Below are positions 1 through 12,983 of a stretch of 64,000 bases of DNA, piece by piece (the first letter of the stretch is position 1; each line of letters starts with the position of its first letter). The translations under genes and the position numbers were made by a program. This DNA comes from Lama glama. Its lineage: Eukaryota. Under the pieces are notes generated by a model that was not told the origin of the DNA, did no database searches, and saw nothing but the letters and a program-made list of their open reading frames with translations. The stretch covers positions 82,524,001-82,588,000 of the forward strand of contig CM052816.1 in the NCBI GenBank assembly GCA_028534125.1, read 5' to 3'.

Positions 1-3000
1 AGGGCTATTGTATATTTAGATATATGTGTATGTGTGGTTATTCCTAGATACTATAAAGTGCAGTTTGTTAACCCCTTCTAAATTTTTTGAAAATGTATTT
101 TCAATCACTGTAATGGTATCTATAAAAATCTGAATCTATTTAATAATCTATTTTATATTTATTAATATTTAATGTCCAATATTTATATAATCTATTCTAT
201 AATTATGTGTAACTTACATAAACTATATAAATGGTTTTATTTTAATTCTTGAATAATATTAGTATATCTTAAATTTCTATGAATTCAAAATTTTGAGTTG
301 TGATGCTTTGGAATGTGTGCTTTATAGAAATATTGTTCTTATATATAGAATATAGATGCATGATATAGCATATACTGTATGTGATGAAATGACTTTTATA
401 TATTGCATAATAGATCTGTTAATACCTGGAAAAAAGAGATGCCATTAGAAGAGTAAAGATGTGATTTTATTTTGAGATTTATTTCAATTTAGAATTTCAT
501 TCAATGAACATTTAATGAATTCAAATAACAAGTTGGACAAAGCATAGTTGTAATTCTTTCAATTAATCCATAACCTTTCTTCAATTAGAAAGTCCATGAT
601 TCTTCATATTTATGTTTAGATTGCTAACTTTCTAGAAAAATTAACTCCAAAACTAAAAATGTCATCAACCAAACATTTTTAAAAAACCACACTTCAAATG
701 TAATAAGCTGGTACATTTCAATCAGAGTGCTAGATATAATTAAGAACACTTTTTGTTTCAGGCAATGGAAGCAGCAAAACTTCTTCTTTTCTAGTTGTGC
801 CCCTTTGTTCTTGTGTATAAACAGAGTGAGCACCCAGTGAAGTGCTTTGTGTGATTCTCCAGTAATTAGTGCTCCCTGTCTCTCACTCAAAATTTCTAAA
901 CTAACTCTGAATGTGACATGGTGATTTTTAGATGAGTCTGGTTAGGTGATAAGGAATTTTACGTATAAAATTTCCCCCTTGCTGTCAAGAGTACTTAGAA
1001 TTTCCAGCAAGATTCTCCCTTCTCATTCCGTAATCGAAGGCTGTTAATCACGCTGATAGAAATGTGTGAACAACGAAGTCTGGCTTAGAAGTTTTTTATG
1101 CTTTTCTTGTAGAAGGAAATAAAGTTTCCTCCCCATTTCATTGTTTAGATGAATAATTAAAGAAAACAGAAGTGCTGAAATACTTGATGGGTTGACAAGA
1201 GAGCCACTGGGGAGTGACTATGACAGTGGCACTCCTGCCCTGTTGGACACTAAGAACCGCATTTGCTCCTTTAGGGTGATGTCATACTCCCTTACATTTT
1301 ATTCGAAGTGCCTGAATACTGGCCATTTTCGTTTTATACAATCTGAGGAAAGCAATTTGCCATCAATGAATATAACATGAAGAGAGTTGAAGGGCGCCCA
1401 TGATTAATCAATAAATAAAATAAGGCCAAGAAACTAATTATTTTTACTCATCAAGATATTTCTGAAAGTATAATATAAAGCTATTACAGGAAGTGTTCAC
1501 GTAAATGTCTCTTTCCTTCGACATTCGGAAAAACCCTTTTCTTAAAGTGTCCCACTGGAAATCGCATGGGTGGAATAAAAAGTAACACACAAAAAAATGA
1601 AATTTAAGTGGAATATTAGTAAGGCCAATTAGAGCAAAATGATATCCCTCCAATTATGCAATTTTTCTTTTAGAAAAGATTCTTATTTTTTGCATTTGAA
1701 TGATGTTTTATCTTCAGAGTATCTGAGAAAGTTTTAGTTCCATTATTAAAATAACGTAACAGTTTCAAACATGGATCCTAAACTCCAAGGTTGCCTGAAA
1801 GTTGATAGTAATGAATGAGAGATACTAGTAATGACAGAAACTTTTCTTTCTCACATAAACTAATGAATTTTGATACAGGAACTATTCACAATCAAGGTTT
1901 TGAAAGATAAAATTTGAAAGTTGAATTGTTTCATTCTTTAATCAAACATGTAACACGTGATAAGGGTTTCTTATTGGCTATAGTCAATAGCAGGCATAGT
2001 ACTACTTGGTAGGAATTCAAAACAGTAGGAGGTGATCCTCAGACATTGTTTGAAGGGTACAATGAAAGTTCAAAGTGCTATTTGATTAAACATTCTCATA
2101 AATTGGATAAAATGGGCCTTCAATGCTAGAAGACTTTAAAAAATTAAGACAGAGAAAAACACTTGTATTTTCCTACAAAGGGCTAAAAGAAGTTTCAGCT
2201 GAACTAAATCACACGAACTTATTACAGCAAACTTATCACAAACTTTACATTCTTGGTGAAGATGAGCTTCCAAACCCTGACTCTTAAGATTTTTCCAAGC
2301 TTTATTATTTTACACTAAATTTGGTATGTTAGTGACAGCACTGAGGGAATGCCCGCCTGTGTGTGCTTCTAAAATGGACTGCAGCTGCTTCTCAAACTAA
2401 CATCTTGGTTTCCACATTTTTCTACTGAACATGAAACATTATGGGAGTCCCAAATACCAGCTATTAATTGTCTCCCCTAAAATGTGAGGCAATTCTAAAT
2501 TTCTGAATGGTTTGCTTTTAAATTCTTTAACCAACTCATTTGGTTAGTAATTGCACCTTTTATATAACTTAATCAATTCTTTTCCAAACACTTCTTAGAA
2601 AAACCAAGTCTGTTCCTACTTCAGCACTTCCATACTATGGCACAAGCTTATACATGTTTGTATGATTTTAAAAAATTTTATATGGACTTTTCATAAACCG
2701 TATCTTCCTGTTTACATGAAACTTGACGTCTAGAAGTATAAGATAGGCTGGAAAATGTGCTGAAGCATAGATCAGTACTCTGAGATCTAAGAAAGTGCAG
2801 ACAAACTTTGCTTATAATTCTAAAAGCCTTCATTAATGTTTTAAAGTGGACACCAGAATTGATTATTACAAAGGCCGTGTGTATAATTAAAAGCCAGTTA
2901 TTAGATCAATATTTTAAAAAAATCATCGGTTTAAGAGTGACCTATCTTTCTACAATAAGATAAATGTACAATATTTTATGTTTATTCCTATATTAAGACA

Positions 3001-3249
3001 TTGAAACTGGTGTTTATGTTATAAGACCTGAAATGGATGAAGAAAATGTGAATTCTTCAGGTCATCAGCCTTCCTGAGGGTAAATGAAAGCCAGTGAAGT
3101 TAATTTCAGCAGATAACTTTGTATGCCTCATGTAAAGTTTTCAGAGATTGTTGAAAATAAGATAGACTTTTAAAAAGCCCAAGTAATTCTGTAATGAAAC
3201 AGTTTTCTCATGTTTGAAAACCTCATAGAAAATGCAAAGAAAATTACTT

Positions 3250-5733
3250 GGCATATGCATTCTGGGAATTTAGCAGGAGATTAACATTCAAAAATCAATC
3301 AGTGTAATTTACCATGTTAACAGGATTAAAGAGAAAAATACATGGTCATTATAATAGATGCAGAAAAGGTATTTGATAAAATTCAACACCTTTTCATGAT
3401 AAAAACTCTTAGCAGACTAGGAATAGAAAGAAACTTTCTCAGTTTGATAAAAGATATCAGCAAAAACCCACAGCAAACATCCTATTTAATGGTTAAATAT
3501 TAAAAGCTGCTTTTTGAGACAAATGAGATAAGAATGCCACTATCACGACCTCTATTCATCACTTTTCTGGAGATCTTAGCCAGTGCAATGGGGTTAAATA
3601 AATAAATAGGAAAAGTATTAGAAGAGAAGAAAAAAATTGTCATTATTTGCATATGATACAATTTGGAAAAACTAGTAAAATTGATTAGTAAATTCTGCAA
3701 TGTTTCTGTATATAATATTAATATAAACATCAAATTTATTTCTAAATATAAGCAAAATTTGGAAAATGAAAATTATATACTGATAACTTTTAGAATAGCT
3801 TTAATATACATCAATTACCCAGGAATAAATTTAACATAAGATATGCCAACTATCTACAAACAAACCTACTAGACAGGAAAGAAACTAAAGAGGATTTAAT
3901 AAATGGAGAGAGGTACCATATCCCTGGATTGTAAGATCCAATATTGTAACAATATCAAATATACTCTAGTTGATTTATTCATTTAATGGAATTTCAGTCA
4001 AAATTTCATTCTTTTTTTTTTCTGGTGGAAATTGACAAGCTGAATCTAAATTATATATGGAAAAGCAAAAGACCAAGAATAGAAATGATCTTGAAAAATA
4101 ATACAGTGAGAAATCTTATATTGCCAAATACCTTGACTTACAAAACTTAAGTAATTCAATAATTATTCAGAACTTAATGAAGTAAGAATAGATAAATAAA
4201 ACAGCACACTTCACCCTGTTATAGTCACTTGAATTATGAGAAAGTTCCCTTTCAGTGCAGTAGGAAAAAAATGTTCTTTTCAATAAATGGTTCTAGGTCA
4301 ACTGGACATCACAGGAAAAAAAAAAAGTAAATCTTGAGGCTTACCTTAAATGATTAAGAAAGAAATCATGTCTCTGTGAAATGTAGTTCTAAATGTAAAG
4401 GTAAAACTCTATTAAAGCTATACATCTTCTGAAAGGTAACAAATGGGAATATCTGTGATTCCAGAATTGATAAATACTTTTTTAGTTGGCTACCAAAACC
4501 CTTGGTATGAAAGTAAGTCTCCTAAAGTGAACTTTATTAAAATTGATTACTGACGTTCATTAAAAGTCACCAGTAAGAAAGAGAAAAGTCAAACCACAGA
4601 GTGGAAGGCTATGTTGGCAATACATAAATCTGAAAAAGAACTCACATCAGGAGTATGCAGAGAGCCTCTTTAAATCATTAAGGAAAATACGGACAATTCA
4701 GTTTGAAAGTAATGGGTAAAAGTATTGAAGAGTCACTTTGCAAAAGAAGATATTCAAAAGTCCAATATGCACATACGAAGTTGCTCAACATCATTAGTCA
4801 TCAGAAATTCAAATTACAAAATAAAACAGGTTTCTTCTATATAGCACAAGGAACTATATTCAATGTCTTTTAATAACATTTAATGAAAAATAATATGAAA
4901 ACAAATATATATATATGTATATGCATGACTGGGACATTGTGCTGTACAGCAGAAATGGACACATTGTTACTGACTGTACCTAAGTTTAAAAAATTAAAGA
5001 AATTCAAATTACAACCCAAATGAGGTAATATGAAAAATGAAGCAGAATGAATTAACTTAAAAATGAAGTTAAAAATTTTAAAAACTGAAAATGGAAATTC
5101 TTGATGAGGATATTGAGTAAGTAGAACTCTTCCATTCAGATGGGGGTTATGTAAAACAAACCAGCCACTATGGAAAATTGTATGGAAATATCTACTAAAA
5201 CAGAGCATTTGGGTGTACACATCCTATGACCCAACAATTCTACCAAAAGCATATACCTAACAGGAAAGAAAACCTGTGTGCACACAATGATATGTATGGG
5301 AATGTTCAGAAGAGCGGCTTGAGACATGGTATGACCAATTCATATAAAGTGATGTGAATCACCAAACAGAAATGCCACTGGAGGCACTTGTGCTATGCAC
5401 AACATCATGGATAAATTTTGCAAACATAATGTGAAGTAAAAAGAAGAGTCATAGAAGACTAGGCACAGAAGAGATCTTTTTCTGTACAGATCAAAACCAA
5501 AGAGATAGTAGGCAGCCTACTGGTTATATTTTGGAACTAATGTAATAGCTCGAGCAGACAGGAAGGCCGATTCTGTGATGCTGGAATTGTTCCATTTATT
5601 CTTCAGAGTGGTGAACACATGGGTGTGCTCACTTCATGATAATTTATCAAGCTATACATGTATACTTTGCTCACCTTATAGTGTGTAGAAAACACCTTAG
5701 TAAAATGTTTATTTTATTAAAAAAGAAAAAAAA
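3250..5733 (+). mobile_element. Old LINE-1 (L1M/L1ME-type): degraded ORF2 plus 3' UTR and A-rich tail
   Basis: Typical L1 ORF2 RT-region text (3355 'atagatgcagaaaaggtatttgataaaattcaacacc'), ORF2 C-terminal motifs ('ctcaacatcattagtcatcagaaat'), an L1ME-like 3' end and an A tract at 5719-5733. Many stops and indels. Confidence 0.9.
4820..4997 (+). mobile_element. Severely 5'-truncated young (cetartiodactyl/camelid-type) L1 3' end nested in the older L1
   Basis: 'tatagcacaaggaactatattcaa...gctgtacagcagaaatggacacattg' 3'-UTR text, flanked by an exact 17-bp TSD agaaattcaaattacaa at 4803-4819 and 4998-5014. Confidence 0.9.
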
Positions 5734-7190
5734 TCATATGGTATTTTTCTTTCTCTTTCTGGCTTACTTCATCTAGAATGACTATGTCCAGATCCATCCA
5801 TGTTGCTTCAAATGACATTATTTTATTCTTTTTAATGGCTGAGTAGTATTCCATTGTATGAATATACTACAGCTTCTTTATCCAGTCATCTGTCAATGGA
5901 CATTTAGGGTGTTTCTATGTCTTGGCTATTGTATATAGTGCTGCTATGAAAATTGGGGTGCATGTATCTTTTTGAATTAGAGTTCTCTCCAGATATATGC
6001 CCAGGACTGGGATTATTGGATCATATGGTAAGTCTGTTTTTAGTTTTTTAAGGAATCCCTATACTGTTTTCCGTAATGGCTGAACCAAACTACATTCCCA
6101 CCAACAGTGTAGGAGAGTTCCCTTTTATCCACACCCTTTCCAGCCATTCTGGAAAATGATGGCCATTCTGACTGGTGTGAGGAGATAGATACTTCATTGT
6201 GGTTTTGATTTGCATTTCTCTGTTAATTAGTGATTTTGAACATTTTTTCATATGCCTATTGGCCATTTGTATGTCTTCATTGGAGAATTGCTTGTTTAGG
6301 TTTTCTGCCTATTTTTGGATTGGGTTGTTTGTTTTTTTAAGATGTATGAGCTGTTTATATATTCTGGAAATTAAGCCCTTATCAGTTTCATCTTTTGCAA
6401 ATATTTTCTCCCATTCCATCGGTTGTCTTTTTGTCTTACTTATGGTTTCCTTTGCTGTGCAAAAGCTTATCAGTTTAATTAGGTCCCATTTGTTTATTGT
6501 TGCTTTTATTTCTATTGCCTAGGTACTGCCCTAGGAGAATGTTACTAAGATTTATGTCAGAGAATGTTTTGTCTATGTTTTCTTCTAAGAGGATTATAGT
6601 GTCCTGTCTTATATTTAAGTCTTTAAGCCATTTTGAGTTTATTTTTGTGTATGAAGTGAGGGAGTATTCTAACTTCATTGATTTACATGCTGCTGTCCAG
6701 TTTTCCCAATACCATTTGCTGAAGAAGCTGTCTTTACTCTATTGTATGTTCTTGCCTCCTTTGTCAAAGATTAATTGACCTAAAGTTTGTGGGTTTATTT
6801 CTGGGCTCTCTATTCTGTTCCATTAATCCATATGTCTTTTTTTCGTACTAATACCATGCTGTTTTAATTACTGTATCTCTGTAGTATTGTATGAAGTCTG
6901 GGAGGGTTATTCCTCAAGCTTCATTCTTTTTCTTCAGTATTGCTGGATCTCTTGTGATTCCATATAGATTTTAGGATTGTTTGTTCTAGTTCTGTGAAAA
7001 AGTCCTAGGTAATTTGATAGGGATTGCATTAAGTCTGTAGGCGGCCTTGGGCAGTATGGCCATTTTCACAGTATTGATTATTCCAATCCAAGAGCTTGGG
7101 ATATCTTTCCATTTCTTTAAGTCATCTTTAATTTCCTTAATCAATATTTTTTAGTTCTCCACATGTAAGTCTTTCACCTCCTTGGTCAGA
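5734..7190 (-). mobile_element. Young L1, inverted 5' segment (ORF2 C-terminal part) of a twin-primed insertion
   Basis: Minus-strand ORF 6475-6678 ([35 protein letters not shown]) is L1 ORF2p C-terminal sequence, and the segment shows low divergence from typical L1 text. Confidence 0.92.
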
Positions 7191-7384
7191 TAAATAGATG
7201 AAAAAACAAATTTCTTTTGTAAAGCACAGGGAACTACATTCGATATCTTGTAGTAACCTATAATGAAAAAGAATATGAAAATGAATATATGTATGTATAT
7301 ATATGACTGAAAAATTAAGCTATACACTAGAAATTGACATATTATAACTGACTATACTTCAATACATTTAAAAAAAAGAAAAAA
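7191..7384 (+). mobile_element. Young L1, non-inverted 3' end and poly(A) of the same twin-primed insertion
   Basis: 'aaagcacagggaactacattcgatatcttgtagtaacctataatgaaaaagaatatg...actatacttcaat' followed by an A tail. The A-rich aaaaaagaaaaaa flanks both ends (about 5719-5731 and 7372-7384). Confidence 0.88.
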
Positions 7385-9939
7385 TATATGTGGCTTTTCT
7401 ATTAAGAAGATGTCACTGAATGTTATTTTCTTAAAATAAATTAAAAAAATATATATTTTAAAACAGAGAGCTGATACCCCTGGCTAAACATCAGATTTGT
7501 GGAGAGGGTTATGTGAATTACTTGGTGGATGAATAAAATCTTTAGTTTGTACAACTTAAAGTCATTTCTCTAGTGCCAGAAACAGTTTTGTTCCTTGTTC
7601 AGAAATGCTGAAATAAAACTATAAATGGGTTAAGCAGCTTAATAATCATCACAACCAGGGGAATATGAAAAAGGAGACAGAATTAAAATCCTGCCATCAT
7701 TCTCTATTCAGTCAGAAATTCTGTCAGCAGGTTTTTTCCTCATTTTAATTGGGGTTACACAATTGTTTGAAAGTTCTGATTGTAAAGGAGACAATGGATA
7801 CTAGACAGTTCTGCCCAAAAGTGAGAGCAGTGTTCCATAGATCAACCTGTAGGCATTTTGTAGTTGGCAAATTGATGATGCTTTTAGAACTGCTTCTGGT
7901 TTTGAACTTCAGAAAATGGCTATGCAGTATCACATTACAAGGAACACTGCAAAAAGACCCTTCTTCAACAAGGCATTGTGCTCGGTGTTCTGTGGCTGTT
8001 TTGTGCTGTGCTCTTATGTGGTTTTAATTATTATTGTTTACGATGATGATGTTTTAATTGTTGATACTGCACCCTGAGCATCTTGGTGGAAGCTTTGTAA
8101 TAATTAAAAATATTATTATAATAGTTCCTGGAAAGTAAAGAAATAGCCAAAGCTCCTTAGAGTAAGGTTCATGTGGGAACTAATTGCACCAAAAATCAAC
8201 ATATTTCCCATGGGGAAGTGGGATGTAAGATTAAAAATCGTATCTTTTGCCACCCCCAGCCCAGTCCCTGCTGCTCCTACTGCCTTTGAGAGTAACAAGG
8301 TTTACTTATTTGTTTTTGTTTGTTTTGTTCCATTTGATCACCCACAGTCTCAATGGCATTTTCTAAACTAGGGAAATATGCGAAACATATACTACATTTG
8401 CAGGTTATCAGTGGTAACTCTCTTTGATGGACATTTTAGCTTTATACAATGTCTATAACTATTATTACCAGGAAAATTTAGTTTATTAATTAACTTATTT
8501 AATGGATGGAAGAGATTTGCAAAAATTTGAGCATTTCTGTGCATTGTGATCTATTTGCTATCTTTTACTCTTACATCACAATAGTTTTCATTGCCCTGAA
8601 AGTGATTGTAATCACAATTTTCTTTCTTTGAAAGACGGCACCAGTTCGTTGGTGCTTTGGTTCATGCCTTATTTTTTTTTTCTTTTTTTAATGGACAAGA
8701 AAATAGTGGTTGTCTTAGGGGAAAGCATGATGAGGGATTTTATACTCAAATGCCTTTCTGTGTTTTCTACTAAAGTGCAGACATTATTTAACGGTTTCAA
8801 AAACTTCCTTTGACCATATAGGTCAAATAATTCTTGTGTTCCTTCTGATTAAATGAATGACCACACATTAGGTATCATCATCTTCAGATCAAAACTCTTA
8901 CTTTTAAGCTTGAATTTTGTAATTCGGCAATAAAGACAAGCGCTACCTAATATTTATTTATTGACTGTATTTTTTACAGGAACTAGAATAGGAACTATTC
9001 CAACTGATCAATTTTCATAGGCTTCAAGAAGATGAGAATATGAAAGAAAATTTCATGCTTTTTAGAGATTTTATACAATAAGTAATCACATCTATCTTAA
9101 CTAGAGAATCCTATGAATCAGCTGACAAATGTTCTGTTACTAGTCTTTGCGTGTCTGACAACTAAGAATGACTTACTTCTATTGATGATTACTTTGAAAA
9201 CGAAAAAGGTACCTCAAAATGGAATTTGCATATCTCAAAACATGCAAATCATCAAAAGCTTTTGAATAGGAAACATTAGCAATTAATGCTATAGTGCCAC
9301 AATTTTATCTTGAATTTGTTTGAAGGATTACAGAAGGGCTATCACACCAAGATATATTTTACAGAGAATATTTAACGTATAATTTTTAAATTTTCATATT
9401 GATTAAACAACTTGAAACATGATTTTTTAAAGCATAACTTCAAAGGAGAATACAATATGCAAAAGTTAATCTCCAAAATATAGTTCTAGCAGTAAAATGT
9501 ACAAAATGCATGCATTTCATTGATTTTCTTCCAAAGGGAGCACAGCCATTAACTATTCAACGAAAAGCTGGACTTTACTATATTCTGACAGAAAGGTAAA
9601 ATACAACACAAGGTGAGAAGACTATGGGAGTTCCTAGAAGAGATACTAGGAAATATATATTTTTCCTTGTTTTCCTGATTGAGGTCAGCATATTGCAAAC
9701 TATGAACTCACTTTTCAACTCTGGATATGAAGAAGGGCAAAGTCCCAGAGAGCTCACTGAATAACCTAGAGGTTTAGTTTAATGACGCACAGTTTAGCTG
9801 CATGTGATATTCTTTTAATGATATACCAGGAATTCTTGAGCTGTAGAGATGACAATTCCTCTCCCCCAGTAGATTTTCCACTCCCTTTTGCTTCTGCTGT
9901 ATTCCTTTTACAGTATCTTTCATGTGTTATGTGCATGAG

Positions 9940-10075
9940 TTCATGCATCTATCTCTCTCCATCAGATTGTAATGTGAATAAGCCATGTCTTCAGAGCCCC
10001 AGGTCTTTCCCAGTGCCTCACCACAAGTGTGTGTTCCGTAAGTGATTTGTAAATGATTACCTGGATGAATAAATG
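9940..10075 (+). mobile_element. L2 3'-end fragment
   Basis: 'cccagtgcctcaccacaagtgtgtgttccgtaagtgatttgtaaatgat...gaataaatg' resembles the L2 terminus. Confidence 0.5.
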
Positions 10076-12483
10076 CTTTAGCAAACCATACCTCATTGAC
10101 CCAGAGATGTGTACGTAACACCTTAGTGTCAATTTGGGAAGCTATTTTAGAGGACTATCCAGGAACTAAGTATAATCAATTACTTCTAGATAGTTGGAAT
10201 GCAACTCAGAAAGCCACCCTGTCCAAGTAATAAGAAGTTACTGAAAGCATTTACCCAACACCAATAGCAAATTAATGAACCGCAATCCGTTTTGGCTGTG
10301 ATAGTTTCAAATTAGAAGTAACTGTGCTTGGAGCCACAGAGGTTTATAAATGCAGATTCTCCATGAGGTCTGAAAAAGTGAACAATGGCTGTAAGATATA
10401 CTAAATCTTCTACGAAAATTTTTGTCAGCACAAATAAAAGGAAATGCCAAGAGTGTTAAGACTGGTGTTGGTCATAGTGACTATACAGTGATGCAAAAAA
10501 TCCAGGAAACGGACATGAGAACAGCATCTTGATAGAACCAAGATCGAGGCATCTCCTACAGCTGAGAGTTTTGCCAATTCTGCAGGACTAATGCACAAGA
10601 CTTAATATAAGAACTTTAGTTTACATACACATTTTTTCCACTAGAGCCCCACCTAATGATGGTTGTGTTTTGATATGACATAGGGAGCTTTTTATGATAT
10701 TGAAGATGCAATTTTAATATTTCTCTTTTTTATACTAGGCCAATTCTTTCTTTCAAAAGTCTTATATGACAGTGAAAGGAACAATTCATTAGTGTGGTAG
10801 TTAGGAGGAGAGGAGTCAGAAACGATCATGCTGCTTTTTGGAAGTAGTGCTGGAGCACATCACAGTGGGCACAGGATCAAGGCTGCTGTGCACCAACCCT
10901 TAATGGGTGTTTTGGGTACATGGTGGTAGGACTGGGGCCGGCTGTTCGGGCCATTTGGACATCCGCCTGTGCCTTACAGTATTGCTCTTTTGGCAGAAGC
11001 TGCCAGAGCTGCTTTCCAAGTTTGCATCTGATCACGGACAGAACTCTGTTTCTTATTCTTTTATGCTTTGTCTCTCCACGCCCTGTTTTCACACTCTGGT
11101 TAAATGCTCTCTTGAGGTTTGGTGACCCGAACTCTCTACTGCCCAGCACAGAAGATGAATGTCAGGATTGAACTCAGCCCCTAACTCTCTACTGCATCCT
11201 TTACATTCTCTCACAGTTTTCTTATAACAAATTATGCAACATACATAGAGACAGGATGATGAGAACAGTGGTCAAAGGGAGAGATTACTCAGATCAGACA
11301 GATGAAACACTGACTGCTTCCAGTTTCCTGCACTCCTGTGTTTCTTTTCATTCTCATTTTGGATACTTTCCCTAAATTTCGTTTCCCTTCTGCACTTTGG
11401 CAAGCACCCAAATTCAGCTGCAGGTATTTTTTTCTTTGACCTTACTAAGAATAAATCCCAAATTCCTATTCAAATGAAAGCAGAATTTCCAAATATAGGT
11501 GTTGTAGTCAGTCATGAACACACAAAGATGTCATCAAATAAAATAAAGTATAAAAAGTAGGGAGGCAGGAAAAGAGGATGGGAAAAAAACGTACAAAATT
11601 AATGAAACAGAATTTGAAAGCATAAGGCGAAGTGATGAAGTGATGTTCACATGCTAACGTCAGGCAGGGGGCAAGTCTCCTCATCTCTGTTTCAGGCAGC
11701 AGGCTCAGTTTACCCTCATCCTTGTTGCTGATTAAGAGTTCTGAAGGCCCATCCATCATTAAACCGTCTCAATGTATTATTAAAACAGCAAAACAACTTT
11801 TCCTCCAGGCATACAGAGTAAAACCAACTGCAACAACTTCACGCTGTGTCTATACAACACAGAATGAAATGGAAATTTCTCACTCTCCACTTATTTTGAT
11901 CAATGTGCATAACTAAATGAGAGAGCAGGGACCACATTTTTACTTTGTGGCCTGCAGGAGCCAGCATGGTTATCATTTTGATCAGATCGGATACTGTCAG
12001 ATGTGTTTGGTTGGTTTTGATTTGGCCAAATTACATATTTCAGAGAGACTTCGGCCCTTTGAAGTACCTTTTCTTTAGATTTTTTTTTAAATTATCTGGC
12101 TCCACAAAATAATATAACAAAGGAAAATTGGGTATGTTTCAATGGAGGGAATGTAAAGAAATCAATATTATTAAGAGATTCTTAGACTGATAGCCAAAAA
12201 GATGGGCGAGAGTTAGAAAGCATGCTTTGGGAATCTAGTTTTGCACCTCCATGAATCATTCATTCATAAAACATGGGTGGTGTGAGGTACCCTCCAGGTA
12301 CGTCTGATATATTTGGAAACTATAGTGCCTTCTGTCAGGAAGCTGAAAATTCGAAGATAGAGAGAGGCAGAAAAAGAAGTGATTGCTTACAATACAATGG
12401 GAAGGAAGAATGTGTGGATTCTAAGACACTACAGGATGAAATGGGAGTAGACTTGGGCTTCAGAGACGGTTTTCCGTTGAAGT

Positions 12484-12725
12484 TAATAATGATAATGATC
12501 GTGAATACTCGCTGTGTACGAGGCACTGGATTAGGCTCTGTGCATGCTTTAACTCATTTAATCTCTAGCAAAATTTCGAGAGAGGTACTACTGTCAGTAT
12601 TCTCATTTCACATATGAGCAAACATGTTTAGAGAGACCTTTTCCCAAAGGCCCTAAGTAGAAAAACAGATTGGAATCCAGGTTTGTCTGATTTTATAGCT
12701 GAAGCTCTTTTTAACCTCTAGGCTA
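12484..12725 (-). mobile_element. MIR SINE
   Basis: Antisense MIR text 'aggcactgga...aactcatttaatctc...tctcatttcacatatgagcaaac...ttggaatccaggtttgtctga'. Confidence 0.75.
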
Positions 12726-12739
12726 TATTTCTGCTGTTT

Positions 12740-12918
12740 CCCTGCAGTGTGAACTTGGGGAAGTAGCTAAACTTTTCTGTGACTTTATTTTCTCATCTGT
12801 AAAATGGAGATGATAAGAGTATCTAATTCATTTGCAAGAATTAAAGGAAACAATACAAAGTAAACTACCGAAGATGTCTTGCACACAGTAAGCGTTCAAT
12901 AAAGATTAGCTAGTGTTA
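12740..12918 (+). mobile_element. MIR SINE (core and 3' part)
   Basis: 'gtgtgaacttggggaagtagctaaacttttctgtgactttattttctcatctgtaaaatggagatgataa...gcacacagtaagcgttcaataaa'. Confidence 0.8.
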
Positions 12919-12949
12919 TGTAACAGACTTCCTGAATAGTTAAAAGGAG

Positions 12950-12950
<1 letters not shown>

Positions 12951-12982
<32 letters not shown>
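12951..12982 (+). repeat. (AGAT)8 tetranucleotide microsatellite
   Basis: Read directly from the sequence. Confidence 0.97.
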
Positions 12983-12983
<1 letters not shown>

